A stretch of DNA of 64,000 nucleotides from Nageia nagi. Its lineage: Eukaryota > Plantae > Pinophyta. Within the stretch, counting starts at the first letter, position 1. The number at the start of each line of letters is the position of its first letter. Of this stretch, positions 1 to 13,379 are shown in pieces. The stretch spans positions 70,184,001 to 70,248,000 of the forward strand of contig JBITNC010000001.1 in assembly GCA_050084985.1 (NCBI GenBank). The letters are read 5' to 3'. Under the pieces are notes generated by a model. The model saw only the letters and a list, made by a program, of their open reading frames with translations. It was not told the DNA's origin and did not search any database. A program made the translations under genes and the position numbers.

Positions 1-749
1 TGGTTCCGACTTTAGTGGTTGGACCCTTCATCATTCAGACAATGCCTCCAAGCATGATCACAGCACTGTCCCTCCTCACAAGTAACAGAAACATCTTTCC
101 ATCATCATGACCTATTTTTATTCTATATAGTTTGTTGAAATAATGCTAAGCTTAAAGTTATAGCCATGTTCTATGCGAATAGGTTAATTTCAATAATGGC
201 TGTATTCATAATGATTGCCCTCTAGTTACACGCATAGTATATTGTTCATTTCAGATCACACTCAATTATCATTCACTATGATACAATTGTGACATTAGAT
301 GTTTTAATTGACAGAGAAAGAATCCCACTACCACATCATAAAGCAGGCTCAACTGGTTCACCTGGACGACCTTTGCATTGCTCACATATTCTTGTATGAG
401 CATCCTCAAGCTAAGGGCAGATATATTTGCTCCTCTGTCAACACTACCATTGTGGAAATTGCAAAGATGTTGGCCTCCAAATATCCCGAGTATAATGTTC
501 CCACAAAGTAGGTTTTCCTTAACATTTTCTCATGTGAATGGAAAGAATCATCTCCTTTTCCTTAACTATAACTTTTCTGATATTTTATTTTTTGTTTTGA
601 TGGTAAGGTTCAATGATGTGGATGAATCATTGAAACCTTTCGTTTATTCCTCCAAGAAATTAACTGATTTGGGCTTTGAATTCAAGTACACCATGGAGGA
701 TATGTTTGATGGTGCTATCAAATCCTGTAAAGAGAAAGGACTTTTGTAG
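1..749 (+). CDS. DFR: Dihydroflavonol 4-reductase (DFR)-like NAD(P)-dependent reductase, 3' three exons (<1-81, 315-507, 608-749); 5' part outside window
   Basis: Spliced translation [67 protein letters not shown]...[56 protein letters not shown]. It matches the DFR C-terminal motifs. GT-AG introns 82-314 (phase 1) and 508-607 (phase 2) keep the frame. Confidence 0.9.
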
Positions 750-1619
750 ATGAACGCTGCACTCTTCCAAAACATGCAGTTCTTTTCCATCTCTCCATCT
801 ATCATAAGTTCAGCAATATTTGAATCGAAGTTCAGCAATACCTTTCAACAAGCAATAAGTCATAGCTTTCGTGTGTTTCAATCGAAGTTGTGCTTATAGA
901 GATTAAATCTCAAATCTATTCTAAACTTCTCTTGATATTAAAAGAGAAAAAACTAAATACACAAATAATGTCCACTTAACCTTACATAGTAATGAAAAAA
1001 AAATGTCTTCAATAATCTTCATAAGTGGAATGCACATGCAATTATGTTCTAATTCTTAGTATTTTGTAAAATAAATATTATTTTAAAATAGAATATTTTT
1101 CTATATAATTTAAACATAAAAAGTTATGAATTGACGAATACGAAGGTTCAGGTTCAAAATTCTCTATGTTTTTAAAAGTTGAAACATACCTAAAATCTTA
1201 TCTAGTGAATTTTGACGATGTGGATGTTCTGCGGTTCTAAGCTTAAGAGTTCATGATGCCCATATCATGAGACGAAACTTTAACAAAAAAAAACATAAGA
1301 AAATAGATCTCAACATCTTTTATTTATTGAATAAATTTTGCATGTGCACTTTAAGGTTTATATAAGCCATACTAAATAAAGATTGATTCAAATGAATTAT
1401 GTTATTTCCTACTTCAATTAATTTGATGAATTATGCAAGTACTGCTAAATAATTGAACAACATATAGATGAAGCAAAATGAAAAAGAAATAAATTGTGAA
1501 GATTAAGATGGGTAGTTAATCCCATATAATCTCAAAAAATATTTTAAAATATTTATTATAAATATTATAAAATCCTTTAAAAAATTATTACATCTCTATT
1601 TATGGATGATTACATCAAA

Positions 1620-1790
1620 GTTATTTAATCTCCTCCAATAGATGAGAAATATCATTTTAATATCAAACAATAATAGAGTGTTTTATGTATACACAACTAA
1701 TGAGAATAAATAATTCATTCATAGTTTAGATAAATACATATGACCAATAATGGTAAGTCAAACCTATTATTCAACACACCCCCTTAAGCT
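1620..1790 (-). mobile_element. LTR retrotransposon remnant (PPT plus start of 3' LTR)
   Basis: The reverse complement reads TTAAGGGGGTG-TGTTGAATAA, a polypurine tract followed by a TG LTR start at 1776. The left boundary is not defined. Confidence 0.45.
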
Positions 1791-2668
1791 TTATGAAATA
1801 GTAAGTTACTCATTATGGTTGCATGTTTTCTCTCAACATGTCCATAACTCATATTGATCAACCTAAGGTAATTATTATTTTACACCCTTTGTATAACTAT
1901 ATTACAAGATTTAATATATAAGATAAATTTGACTCTTTATGATAGTCAAGGAAAAGAATAAAAGGTGACAAAGAGAAAAATAATAAGCAATCAAGAATTA
2001 GATACTTGATCAAGGAAATCTATTTCATGGTGGATTCTTATATAACAAAAATCTCAATATACTTATTCAAAAGTAGTTAAAAAATAAGAAGAAAATGATA
2101 ATACAAGTATGGTTGAGCAGTAGTAGAAGCGTGATCAAGCTATAGTAGGAATGCACATGTGCAGTTAAGTTGGAATAAAAGTGTGATAATTATAACTTAA
2201 CCAAAATGAAGTTGAACAATTTTGTTATAATTGAAATAATAATTATTAGGGTTATTTAGAGAATATTCAATTTAACTAATTAACCATGAAATAATAGAAA
2301 ATCGATTACATGAAAGATGATAATGACCTAATTGACCTTGAGCTATCAAATTGGATGACCCATTTTTTCAATTGGATATCACCTTTGATCTCACAATGAC
2401 AACTTTGGATGACCTAGTTTTTCACCTATATTATGCCTCTTCTTTGACTTGGTTACGATATGATCAACCTCTCATCATAGGATGAATCCAAGGTAAAAAA
2501 AAAAGGAACCTGAAAAGAGCTTAAATAATAAATATTTTTGCATAAGATATCTCAATATAGACATTAAACATCATGATATGAAACGTATGTAAGTGATAAG
2601 AAATTAAAATTGTCCTTGGTGATCACTTACCCACTAAGAGTTATTAAGATGAATAAGCAATTTAAACT

Positions 2669-2965
2669 GATCAGCTTTATTTCCCAAGCCACCATGTTAT
2701 CATGGATTTTTTATATGGATGGCCCTTCCTTACGAAGATGTCAAATGATAAGATTTGACCCTTCCTTACAAAGGCATAAAATGATAAGAATGATTAGCTT
2801 GATTTTCCAAGCCACCATGTTTCCATGGATTTGTATGGTAAGAGTGACCCTTCCTTACAAAGGTGTCAAATGATATGAGTGATCAACTTGATTTCTTAAG
2901 CCACAATGTTTCCATGGATTTTCTAGTAAGAGTGCCCCTTCCTTACAAAGAAGGCCAATGATAAG
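2669..2965. repeat. ~90-bp degenerate tandem repeat (3 full copies + 1 partial), probably inside an old Gypsy LTR (~2530-4314, -)
   Basis: The unit GATCAGCTTGATTTCCCAAGCCACCATGTTTCCATGGATTT...GACCCTTCCTTACAAAGGTGTCAAATGATAAGA recurs at about 2669, 2791 and 2881, with a partial copy at 2753. Confidence 0.7.
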
Positions 2966-5900
2966 AAATGATATGAAAATATATTTGAACTAATCATATT
3001 ATGTTGACAAGCATTATATGATAAGCAATCATACAAATATCTGACTATTTTTTGATAAGCAATTTTACATGGAATTAACTGATAAGGCTTACATTTTATG
3101 AGAAATTTAGGAAAGCTATATTTGAAAAAGTATTATATGAAATACAAATGCTAATTAACAAGAAATAACATATGAAAGTGTAATATTGTTGATATTCATG
3201 AAATGAACATTTATCCATGACTTGTAATTTTAAAAGAGCATTATGAATACATATTTGAAACATGATAAGCAATTAAAATGAATATAATTTGATCAATCAT
3301 ATGACATATAAAGATAATATATACATTTTTCCCATTTAACTATAAATTTGAAATAAGAAAGTGAAAAGTGATGCAAGTTAACCATTTTAACCCAATGGTA
3401 GTGCTAGGAGCATAGTAGTGATGCTAGAAAAGGGAAAGAAATTACTGAAAGTAACAATTTTGTTAGTTCATTTTTGTACTTATGAAGTAAAAAAGATAAG
3501 CAATTTAAGGAATTTGATTAGGTAATGCAAAATTTGACAATCATTTCCATTTTAAATTTTACCAATTTACCCCAAGTGGAATTTTTAATAATTTAGACTT
3601 TATTGTTGATATTGATTTACCCTTTTATTCCATGTAGGCTTTTAACAAATTTAGGGTTTGAAATTTTATATAAATTAAAGAATTTAACCCAACAATGGCA
3701 ATGGAATTAGAGCAAAGATGCATCGTTAAGTAAGGTTGAAGTGATGAAAAATAGTTTACAGATAAACATGCAAGTATTTGATGATAAAAAGAGGTTTACT
3801 TTTGGTTCATTAATGAGGATAAGTAACCAATTTAGAAAATAGGATTCCAGATAGTTTATAAATAGGTAGAATTGGATTTCATTTGCACATTCTCATTTGG
3901 TCAGCTTGAGCTCTAGTCCTCAACATTCTAAGTGTCTTATTTGGGTTGTTGAGGGATTACGAGGTTATTACTAGCTAGTTGGATGTGATTATTGCAAATA
4001 TGGCTCATCAGATTACTTCACAACAACATCATCGAGCTCTTGTTGTTCATTCTTCACCCAAGGGATACTAAGTATTGAAAAAAAATATATTCTTGGTTTA
4101 TGCATAAATTAGGATATTTTTGACACATTAGTTTTTCAAATTGGTTAAATTTTGATTAATTTTGAGAATTTTTTGAAACATATAGGATAAAAACATAGGG
4201 GTCACTTTTGACATGCATGGAAAGAAACAAGAGTCATTTTTATAGTAGAATTTAGGATAATTTTGGTGGGTTTTAAAAAATTTAGAAATCAAGGGTTTTT
4301 ACAGGATGACATCATTAGACTCTTAGCATCTCCACTAGAATGAAAAAAGTTTGAAAATGTATTAAATACCTTTTGTATGGATTTTGAAATACTATTACAC
4401 TTAAAATTTTGAAAAATTTAATGTTACTCATATCAATTTTAACCATCCAAGATTCAAGGATTGATGGCCTTTGAGGTTCTTCATCTTTTGAGATATCAAC
4501 CAACTCATCTTCATCAATGTTTTCCTCCAATGCTTCATTGCATGTAGGAAATACTTGTTGAATGATAGAAACCTTAGGATCCAAAAAATATTAATCAAGA
4601 TTTTGATCAGGTAACGAAGCAATGAGACCATTTCTAACATCATTAGGGTTTTATGGGTTACCAAGTGTATAATTTGGAATTTGAAGTTCAAGAGCAACAT
4701 TAGGGATGAAAAAATTATGAGGAAGAAACTTACAAAGGTTTCAAATATTTATATGCTTTTCGAAAAGGATTTAAGGTCATGTATTGCTAAGTTTTTTGGA
4801 TCATTTTCTTTGTTTGGTATATTTAAGATTGGTATCTACGGTATATCCTAGGAGGTGTTAAACTTTTGTATCAACATCTTTCAAAGTTTGAACAAGGAAA
4901 GGATGACATTCTTTTATAGATAACAATTTTCTACCTTATGGAATATACAAGATTTTGATGAGTGCCTCCAATGCATTGGATGTAAGTTCATCACATTCTT
5001 CTTATTATTTCCTACCTCTTTTTTAGTTGAGTGACTACAATCTTTCAAAGCATTATTATATTCATCATTTAGGTGTATTCTTTGTACTCTTTCACTTTAT
5101 ATTCTTAATGCATTGGTATAATTCTTTCATGCCTTAATCTTTTTAGGTTGTATGGCAGGGCACTTAGGGTTTTCTTGATCTAAAGCTATAGGTGTATCAT
5201 TTCTAAAATACTTGGAATGAAATATTCATCTATTTAAAAGGATAATATATGATGCAATTATTTTACTTACATTTTTATTAGTAGCATTTTATTAATGCTC
5301 TAATTATTTTTAGGAATTTTTTTTCTTCCAAAAAAAAAGAGCGAAGACCATTTTTTAAAATGATTTTTTTAAAATCTAATATTTTTTAATAGATCAGATT
5401 TTTTAATCAAAAGGAGTGGGAATAACATGTTAGCAATCAGATTTTAAATATAAAAAAATAAAATAAACTTTCTTAAGTTTGACCAACACCTCCTCCCCTA
5501 TTCTCCTCTAGCAAGCGAATTCCAAATGGTTTGGAGCTAAGGAGATTATGCTATGCATTTTTTTTACTCAAGGGCTAACCATGAGCTATTTCCATCTCTC
5601 CTCACACCTATAATCCCACCTAGCTAGCTCACATTGTGGCTTCTCTGTTAGGTACGAGCCTCTCTAGTTGGTTGTGCCTATTTTTTACTTTGTATGGTCT
5701 TTATAGCCTATGAACTACCTCCTCACATGGTCTACCTCCTGTAGCGCTATCATATCCTTATTTTTAAACCTCCCTTGCACCCTTATTTCCTTGCACACCC
5801 TTGCATGTAAAGGGAGGGGTGGTCTAATGACCCTCTCAACATAAGCTTTTCCCCTTATTCTCCCTTGGATGTGATCAACCAAAGCACGTGGTGAACCTAT

Positions 5901-7070
5901 ACTCCTCTCCTCTAGAGCCTTGCCCACTCATGGTAACCTGTACTCCTCTCCTATGTTGTGCATTATTTAAATTTCAAGTTATAGGAATGATGTATGGAAT
6001 ATTTTATGCCTTTATAATTTTTTATTTTTTACTCAAAAATATTAGAATTTTTTTAATGAATGGATGCATACCTAGATTTTTTACCTCTCTAAGCATTCAT
6101 TCTTTATTCCTTATGCAAAGTATGGAATGAACTTATGCAAATTAGGGAATGATGCATGCTTATTACTTAAGTTTTTTAAGGGAATGATGCATTAGATGAA
6201 TCCCCAATTCTTTTACTTATGCAAAGTATGGAATGGACTTGTGTAAAATAAGGAATGATGTAAAGATATCCTTTAGGGGTTGGTAAACAAAACCCATTGG
6301 ACTTTGAGGTCTAAAATTGCAAATGGATGATGTTTTATTTATGCATTTTACTTTATGTTTCATACTTTGATTTATTTACTTATGCAAATAAAAATACAAA
6401 CATTGATATGAGCAACCCCCTAAAATGAATACATCTACTCGTAAATTTTGCAACATGACTTGTTTAGGGAGCTATAAGGTGAGGATAGGTGGACTAGAGC
6501 CTTTAAGTCTAACAATTCAAATGGTAAAAAGTTTATACTTATTAATTACCCCTAAGTCCTTTATTGTTCTAGACATAACTTCAATAGGTGGACAAGCATA
6601 TGTGTAGTGATACCAGATGTCCACATGTCCATTTAAAAATTATCCTAATAACTTAGGAGGATAACTTGAAACCTAATAAAGAATTATAATTTGGTTGATC
6701 CAATAAACATCATAACCTTGAAAAATAGTAGGTACTTATCCTCATGAGAAAGTATAATATTGATCAAGGTAAACTGGTTGAGGATTGGTAGTACTTGGGC
6801 TCCTCTTATGCAAGCATCAAGGTGAAAGCTTAATTTTAGATAAGAAAATAAGTCTCAACAATATCATTCTACATCTACAATTCTTGAGATGAGAAATGTA
6901 TTTGGGTATATGGATTATTATTTGAGTTGTAAAATATTTGCACTAGTGAATCAAATCAAGCATGTCATAGTTAATTAAATGTAACATGTATTACTTACTT
7001 GCTTAAAACTTAACATATAATATTATTTATTGAACCACATGCTTATTATTTTTCACATAATTATGTAGCA

Positions 7071-10000
7071 TATGGGAGACTCCTTTTTACCCAAACACAT
7101 TCTTGATGGTTCTAAATTTAAGATTTGGGAACCTTGGAGGAGAGCTAAGTTGCAAGTAAGAAAGCTTTGGTAAATAGTGGATGAGAACCTTGTACCTCCT
7201 AAAGATGAGAAGGCACTAGAGGCTTACAATATAAAAAATGAATTTAAAACCTCCATGATATTTTATGTAGTTTCAAATGATGTGCTCTTGATGATTTCCT
7301 CTTCAACCTTGGCAAAGGAATCTTGGGATACGATTAAGCAAATTTACCTTGGTTTAAAGTTTTCAAGAAGGTTTATAATTCTCCAAAAATTACTTCAATC
7401 TTATCAAGGGAAAGATGAAAATATGGCTATCAACTTGAACAAAATCATTAACCTTATGACCTAACTTGTTGCTTATGGGTGCAACTAGATCAATGATAAG
7501 TTCATGGTCTTTATAATTCTTCAAAGTTTGGTAACTTTGTGTTGATTATGGAAATAAGGCTTATTGATGAAGAAAAATTCTTCTCTCTTGAGAACCTTTC
7601 TAGGATCCTTTTGAAGCATGAGAAAACCCTTAATAAAAAGATGTTGATTTCTTCTCCTAAAGACAATAATGTTGCTTTTGGAACAACCAAATCTCCTTTC
7701 AAGAAGAAGTTCAACCATCAAAAAAAATCTTATCCTTCTTTCTCCAAAATATTTGAGAAAAGGGGAAATGGTAACAACAATAATAATAACAAAAATAATA
7801 ATAATAGTAGTAGACATAATGGCAACAACAACCACTAGCAAAGTTTGATGGTAATTGTAACTATTATGGCATCCAAGGTCATAAAGAAGTTGATTTCTAC
7901 AAATAGAAAAGAGAGGAAAAGAACAAAGGCAATGTAAATGTAAAGAATTTCAAAGAAAAGGAGAATATTCAAGCTATTTTTGCTACAATGCTCTACTCCA
8001 TATCTTACATTTTTTCACTGATTAGATTGTTGACTTTGGTTGCACTAATCACCTATTTTTTAAAGGGAAAAGTTTGAGAACTTTCACAAGGAAAGAAAAG
8101 ATGTGGTTATGCTAGGTGATAACTCTATCCTTGAAGTTCAAGGAATTGGGATGTGTTGATTCATGAAAAGGTTCTTGATAATGTGCTCTATTTTTCTAAG
8201 CTTAGGATGAACCTTCTCTTTGTGATCTAAGTTACAAGAAAAGGGTACTCTTTTGAGTTTGACTTTCAATCTTGGTATATTAAAAAAGGACTTTCCATGT
8301 TGGTTAAAAGGTCAGTGAAAAATGATCTCTACATTGTGGATCAAGTCATATCAAAGATGTGTCTTGTTATAAGTATGTGTTCTAGAGGCAATCTTTGGTA
8401 CCAACATTTAGGGCACCTTAACTATAAGAGTATTCAAGTCATGAAAGACCAAGATCTTATGGAAGGTTTACCTTTTATTTCATCTTCAATTGGTCTATGT
8501 GAGAAGTGCATCCTCGATAAGATGCATAGGAAAAAGTTTGAAAAATATAAGGCACCAAGAGTATCTCAACCTATTCAACATGTATATTTAGATTTTATGG
8601 GTCTATTTCAGACTAAGTCACTTGGAAGAGCATCTTACAACTTAACCTTCATTGATGAATTTAGTAGGATGACCTTTTGGTATCTACTTGAGCACAAAGT
8701 TCAAAACTTTGAGAGTTTTAAAGTTATTAAGGCCTTTGTTGAGAATCAAAATAACCTTAAAATAAAGATGTTAAGATCAGATAATGGATTAAAATATAAT
8801 AATAATGAGTTCAATGACTATTGTGCTAAGTATAGAATCAAAAGGTAGTTTATGATTCCTTACACTCCTCAATAGAATGATGTTGCTAAAAGGAAAAATA
8901 GGATAATTATGGAAATGGCTAGATGCATGTTGGGTAATCTTCCTAGTTTCTTATGAGGTGAAGCTATGAGCACTACTATTTACACCTTGAATAGGTGTCC
9001 CACAAAATTCATTCAGGAAAAAACTCCTTTTAAGGCATGGTTAGGAAGAAAACCTAACATTTCTCACCTTAGGGTGTCTGGTTGTGAAACATTCTCCTAC
9101 ATTGTTACTAAGAAAAGGAAAAAGTTGGAAAAAAAGTTAAAAAATGCATTTTTATGAGTTATGATAGTCAACATAGAGGTTATAGGCTATGCTTTCCATC
9201 CTACAAAGGAGTATTTATTTTTAGGGATGTTAAGTTCAATGAACTTTCTAAAGAATCTACTTCTAATGAGGATGTTGATGATAGAGATGACTCAATAGTT
9301 GCACCTATTGGTTGGATATTGATGCAAACAAATCTTCTTAAGAACAAAATTCTCCAACACAAAGGGTAATAAGAAGCATGACCTTGAACAAATCCTTTTT
9401 TTCCAAGATTGACAATAAGCATGAGCCCTCATCTTTCAAAGATGCTTTTAAGCATAAGTGTTGGGTGGAAGCCATGAAAGTTGAGTATGAAATGCTTATA
9501 AAGAATGAAACATGGGATTTAATTCTTATCTCAATGAGAATAATTTGATTGGAAATAAGTGGATCTACAAGGTCAAGTACAATTCAATTGAAGATATTAC
9601 GAAATTCAAGGCAAGGTTAGTAGCCAAAGGTTTTCCTCAGAAATAAAATATAGATTATGAGAAAACCTTTACTCCCATGGTAAAAATGCCTACTGTCAAG
9701 ATTATCCTTGCTCTTTTTAAAGCTCAAGAATGGAAATTTTTTCAAATTAACGTTAAAAGTACATTTTCCAATGGTGAATTAGATGTGAAAATCTTCACGA
9801 ATCAACCAAAAGGGTTTATTGTGAAAGTTAAAGAATCTTTTGTGTGCAAGCTAAAGAAGTCATTGTATGGACTTAAACAAGCACCTAGAGCTTGGTACAA
9901 GAAGATTTTAAGATACTTTATAGACATTGAATTCTTTAAGTGCTTTTTTAACTTTGATCTATATGTGCTCAACTAAGGAAAAGATGTGGTATTGATTCTC

Positions 10001-10925
10001 CTTTATGTGGATGATCTTTTGATTGCTAGGAACAATGATGAAATCATTCAAGAGTGCATATCTAAACTCAAGGCAATATTTGAAATGATTGATCTTGGTC
10101 TTTTGCACTACTACCTTGGAATGCAAGTGTATCAATATAAGGATTGTACTTATATTAGTCAATCTAATTATATATCGTACATCTTGTAGAATTTTAGAAT
10201 GGATTGTAGATATGTTGTTATCCTAGTCTCTCCTAGAATCACTATTTCTCTTAGCTCCAACTCTCAGTTGGCTGATGCTATAGCTTATAGCCAATTAATA
10301 AGTAGTCTTCTATATTTAACTATTTCCAAGCCAGATATTACCTTTGTAGTGAATTTTATGGCTTGATTCATGCAAAAAACCATTTGTTGAGCACCTCAAT
10401 GCTATTAAGCAAATCTTAAGGTATGTTATGAGGAGTAAGTCACCCTCATTTATTCTCTCTAGATTCTTTAATTCTAACTATGGGGGAGATAGAGATGATA
10501 GGAATCAACATCTACGTATGTGTGTAGCATTGGTTCAAGTGCTATCTTTTGGGATTCCAAGAAGTAGCTTACTATTTCTTTTTCTACCATAGAAGTTGAA
10601 TACCGTGCCATGTTTGTTGCAACCCAAGAAGCCATTTGGCTAAGGCATATTTTGAAAGAAATTAGGTATGAGCAAGGTGGCTCATCTTTGATTTCTTCAT
10701 ACAATCAATTGATGATCTCTTTGGTTTAAGAATCTTGTGTTCCATCATAGAATAAAACATGTGGAAATCTAGGCACATTTTATTAAGGATAAGGTTATTG
10801 ATGGCATCATACATCTAGAGTATTGTACATCCACCTTAAAATTTGCTGATTTGATCACCAAGCCCCTTTGAAAAGCTCAATTATGTAAGCTTAGGAATGC
10901 TATTAGGTTAGTGAAGTTGCCCTCA
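7071..10925 (+). mobile_element. Ty1/Copia gag-pol pseudogene (many stops/frameshifts)
   Basis: Gag start LDGSKFKIW; decayed CCHC at ~7855-7895; protease (W)IVDFGCTNH at ~8023; integrase LWYQHLGH..CEKC, VYLDFMG and LRSDNG; RT WVEAMKVEY, LYGLKQAPRAW and LLYVDDLLI; RNase H ST.EVEY.A and KHVEI. The order PR-INT-RT-RH is the Copia order. Confidence 0.93.
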
Positions 10926-11664
10926 AGGAGGAGTGAAGTTTGAATTCTTATGTTGAATTCATGTTTGTGATGACAACTTCACCCCTAGGAGGATTTTGTG
11001 TTGTATAGTGTTGTTTTTTATTGTACACCTTCATGGTAAGTTTTTTCTACATGAGGAACATGCTTTACAAATTTTTAGAGCAAAAGATTAGCCAATCTAG
11101 CACTATTCAGTTATCCATGTGTGAGGAACTCTTATGTGTCTTTTGGCACTGTTCAGTTATCCATATGTGAGAGACTCATCTGTGCATTTTGTTATAGTAT
11201 ATTTTGTAATCAACACATATTTTGTATACAATAGTTGACTATGAGTTTTGGCTTGGCATCTTCATGATGACTTATAGTGCACCATTGATCAGTTTATGAT
11301 GGCATTTATCCTTGTTGATATGATCATGTTGCATATAACTAATCTTGTTGTCTGAGCTATTTTTTAACTTGCAAGTTCTCTTAAATTGCAAGTTACTTAC
11401 TTCAAGTATGCAGTCTCATGGAGACTCTTCATGAATTCTATTTGGATGACTACTTCATGTACATTAAAACTAATTTTGGTTAATGATTGTATTGTAAATC
11501 ATTTGTTAAAATGGTAAAGTAGTGAGTCTTAAATTAGATATTTCTTACTTCATAAATATGTAAAATGTTTTCATCTTTGATTGTATCTATTTGGATGAGA
11601 ACTCTCATACTCTCTCCCTCCTTCTCTCTTATTCACTTTATCCCAATATTGCATTAAGGGGGAG

Positions 11665-12188
11665 TGTTGGATTGTATAATGCATTATTGTAAAAGTTTGT
11701 ATTAATCCTCTTTGTAAATTCACTAATACTTAAGGGTATCATTAGATACCTTAAGTATTTAAGTGAATATGATAATGTAACTTATCCTACACTCCATGTC
11801 ATGAGCATGCCCCTTGGGTAAAAGGGATTTGCATGTCATGTCTTTGTACATTAGATAAAAGGGTGATCCAAAGAGGGATTTTGGCCTATAAATAGAAGGC
11901 TCCCTCTTTGTGATAAAACATCAATTTGTAGAGTAACATTATGCTAGAGGATAGTGTTTAGGAGATGAGTGTAGAAAGATTGTAAGAGTTCATATTGTAA
12001 ATGAAGTGAGATCTAGTTAGTAGATGTACTCCTAGTTGGAGGAACCACTTATATCTTGAGTTATCTTTGTGAGATTACTTTGTGATTTTGTTAGATGTGA
12101 ATTATGAGCTTTCATGTGATCTTGGGAATATAGAGTTGTTTATGTTATAGTTCAATCTCTCATTTATCTTATGCATGCATCTCAAACA
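11665..12188 (+). mobile_element. 3' LTR of the Copia element (5' LTR not found)
   Basis: PPT AAGGGGGAG at 11656-11664, then TGTTGG...CAAACA termini. TATA box CCTATAAATAG at ~11885. Internal hairpin at 11718-11768. Confidence 0.8.
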
Positions 12189-13379
12189 ATATTATATTAA
12201 GGTTGGGACAAGAGGCAGCTATTAGAGTTAATTTAAAGTTGAATTAAGGTTTTTTTAAAGATAATTAAGGTGTTGTAATTTTTATTCTATTGAGATTTGA
12301 AACTTGAGGAAACTAAATTACAATTACTTTGAAGGTAGATTAAGGATTTCTTTATAATATATATAGTGTTGAATCCCTAAAGTCCAAACCTAATCAAAAA
12401 CATGGGTGATAAAAAATACCAATCAAGGAGAGGAAGGAAGGTCATGTCACTTGAAGAAATTATTGCAAATAGAGAGAGGGATGCAAAATGGAAAAGGCAT
12501 AGAAAAGCAAGGATTAGAGAACTAAATAATAATGAAGCATTTGAATGTTCCATGTCAATTGAGGAGGAGAACATTCAAGAGAATGTTCATGTATACATGA
12601 TTATAGATGATGCATGTGTGGAATAGGAGAATGTAATAGAAGCTTCAAATCTAATGACTATGGACATGAATCTAGGTATATATTTGAATCAAGATCATAT
12701 ACTTTTATAATTTTAGGTTCTTTTTAACATTCTCATGGAACTTTTTTAAATGATTGAGAAATTATTTAATTAATAAATACCTCTTTATATGGTCATGATT
12801 ACTAAAATAGGTTTATTGCCACTTTAAAACTCCTTCAATAGACCACTTGAAATGACATCTAGCTCATTTGTACTCTTACTATTAGATTTGTTCATAAATT
12901 TGTCTTGTACAACTACTAAATCCTATACCTTTAAGTTATTTCATAATCCTATTAATTATCTTAAGAACCTTAATTATGAGAATTACAAATAATGGATCAT
13001 AGAGGAATTTGATTATGAGAACTATAGTCAAATGATTAATATTATAAATGAAGCTACATCATTATATATATTTTCTTAAGTGGAAGAATGAGGATCCTCT
13101 AAATAGATATACATGATTTTACTCTCTTTTTATTTCTATGTTAAATTTATGGTTATGTGTACTTATGATACATAATTAACACATGGATCAAGTTGTAGCC
13201 TTTTTCTTAGGAAACCTATTTAATTTAACAAGAAACCCTTTTAAAATATGAATTGCATGTAGATAGATAAGTCTAATAACATCCTTTTATTCAACTTAAG
13301 ATGTTTGTAGGACCTATAAAAGTTTTTCCAAGAGTATTTGCAAACATATAGTTGAATGATTATTTCTCACAAACACATA

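Noticed and set aside
378-749. 123-aa ORF from the track as a standalone protein
   Set aside because: Only 608-749 is the DFR exon; the rest is off-frame exon and intron sequence.
4315-5930. Host genes in short minus-strand ORFs
   Set aside because: Fragmentary, stop-ridden and without splice structure; most likely decayed retroelement sequence that I cannot classify.
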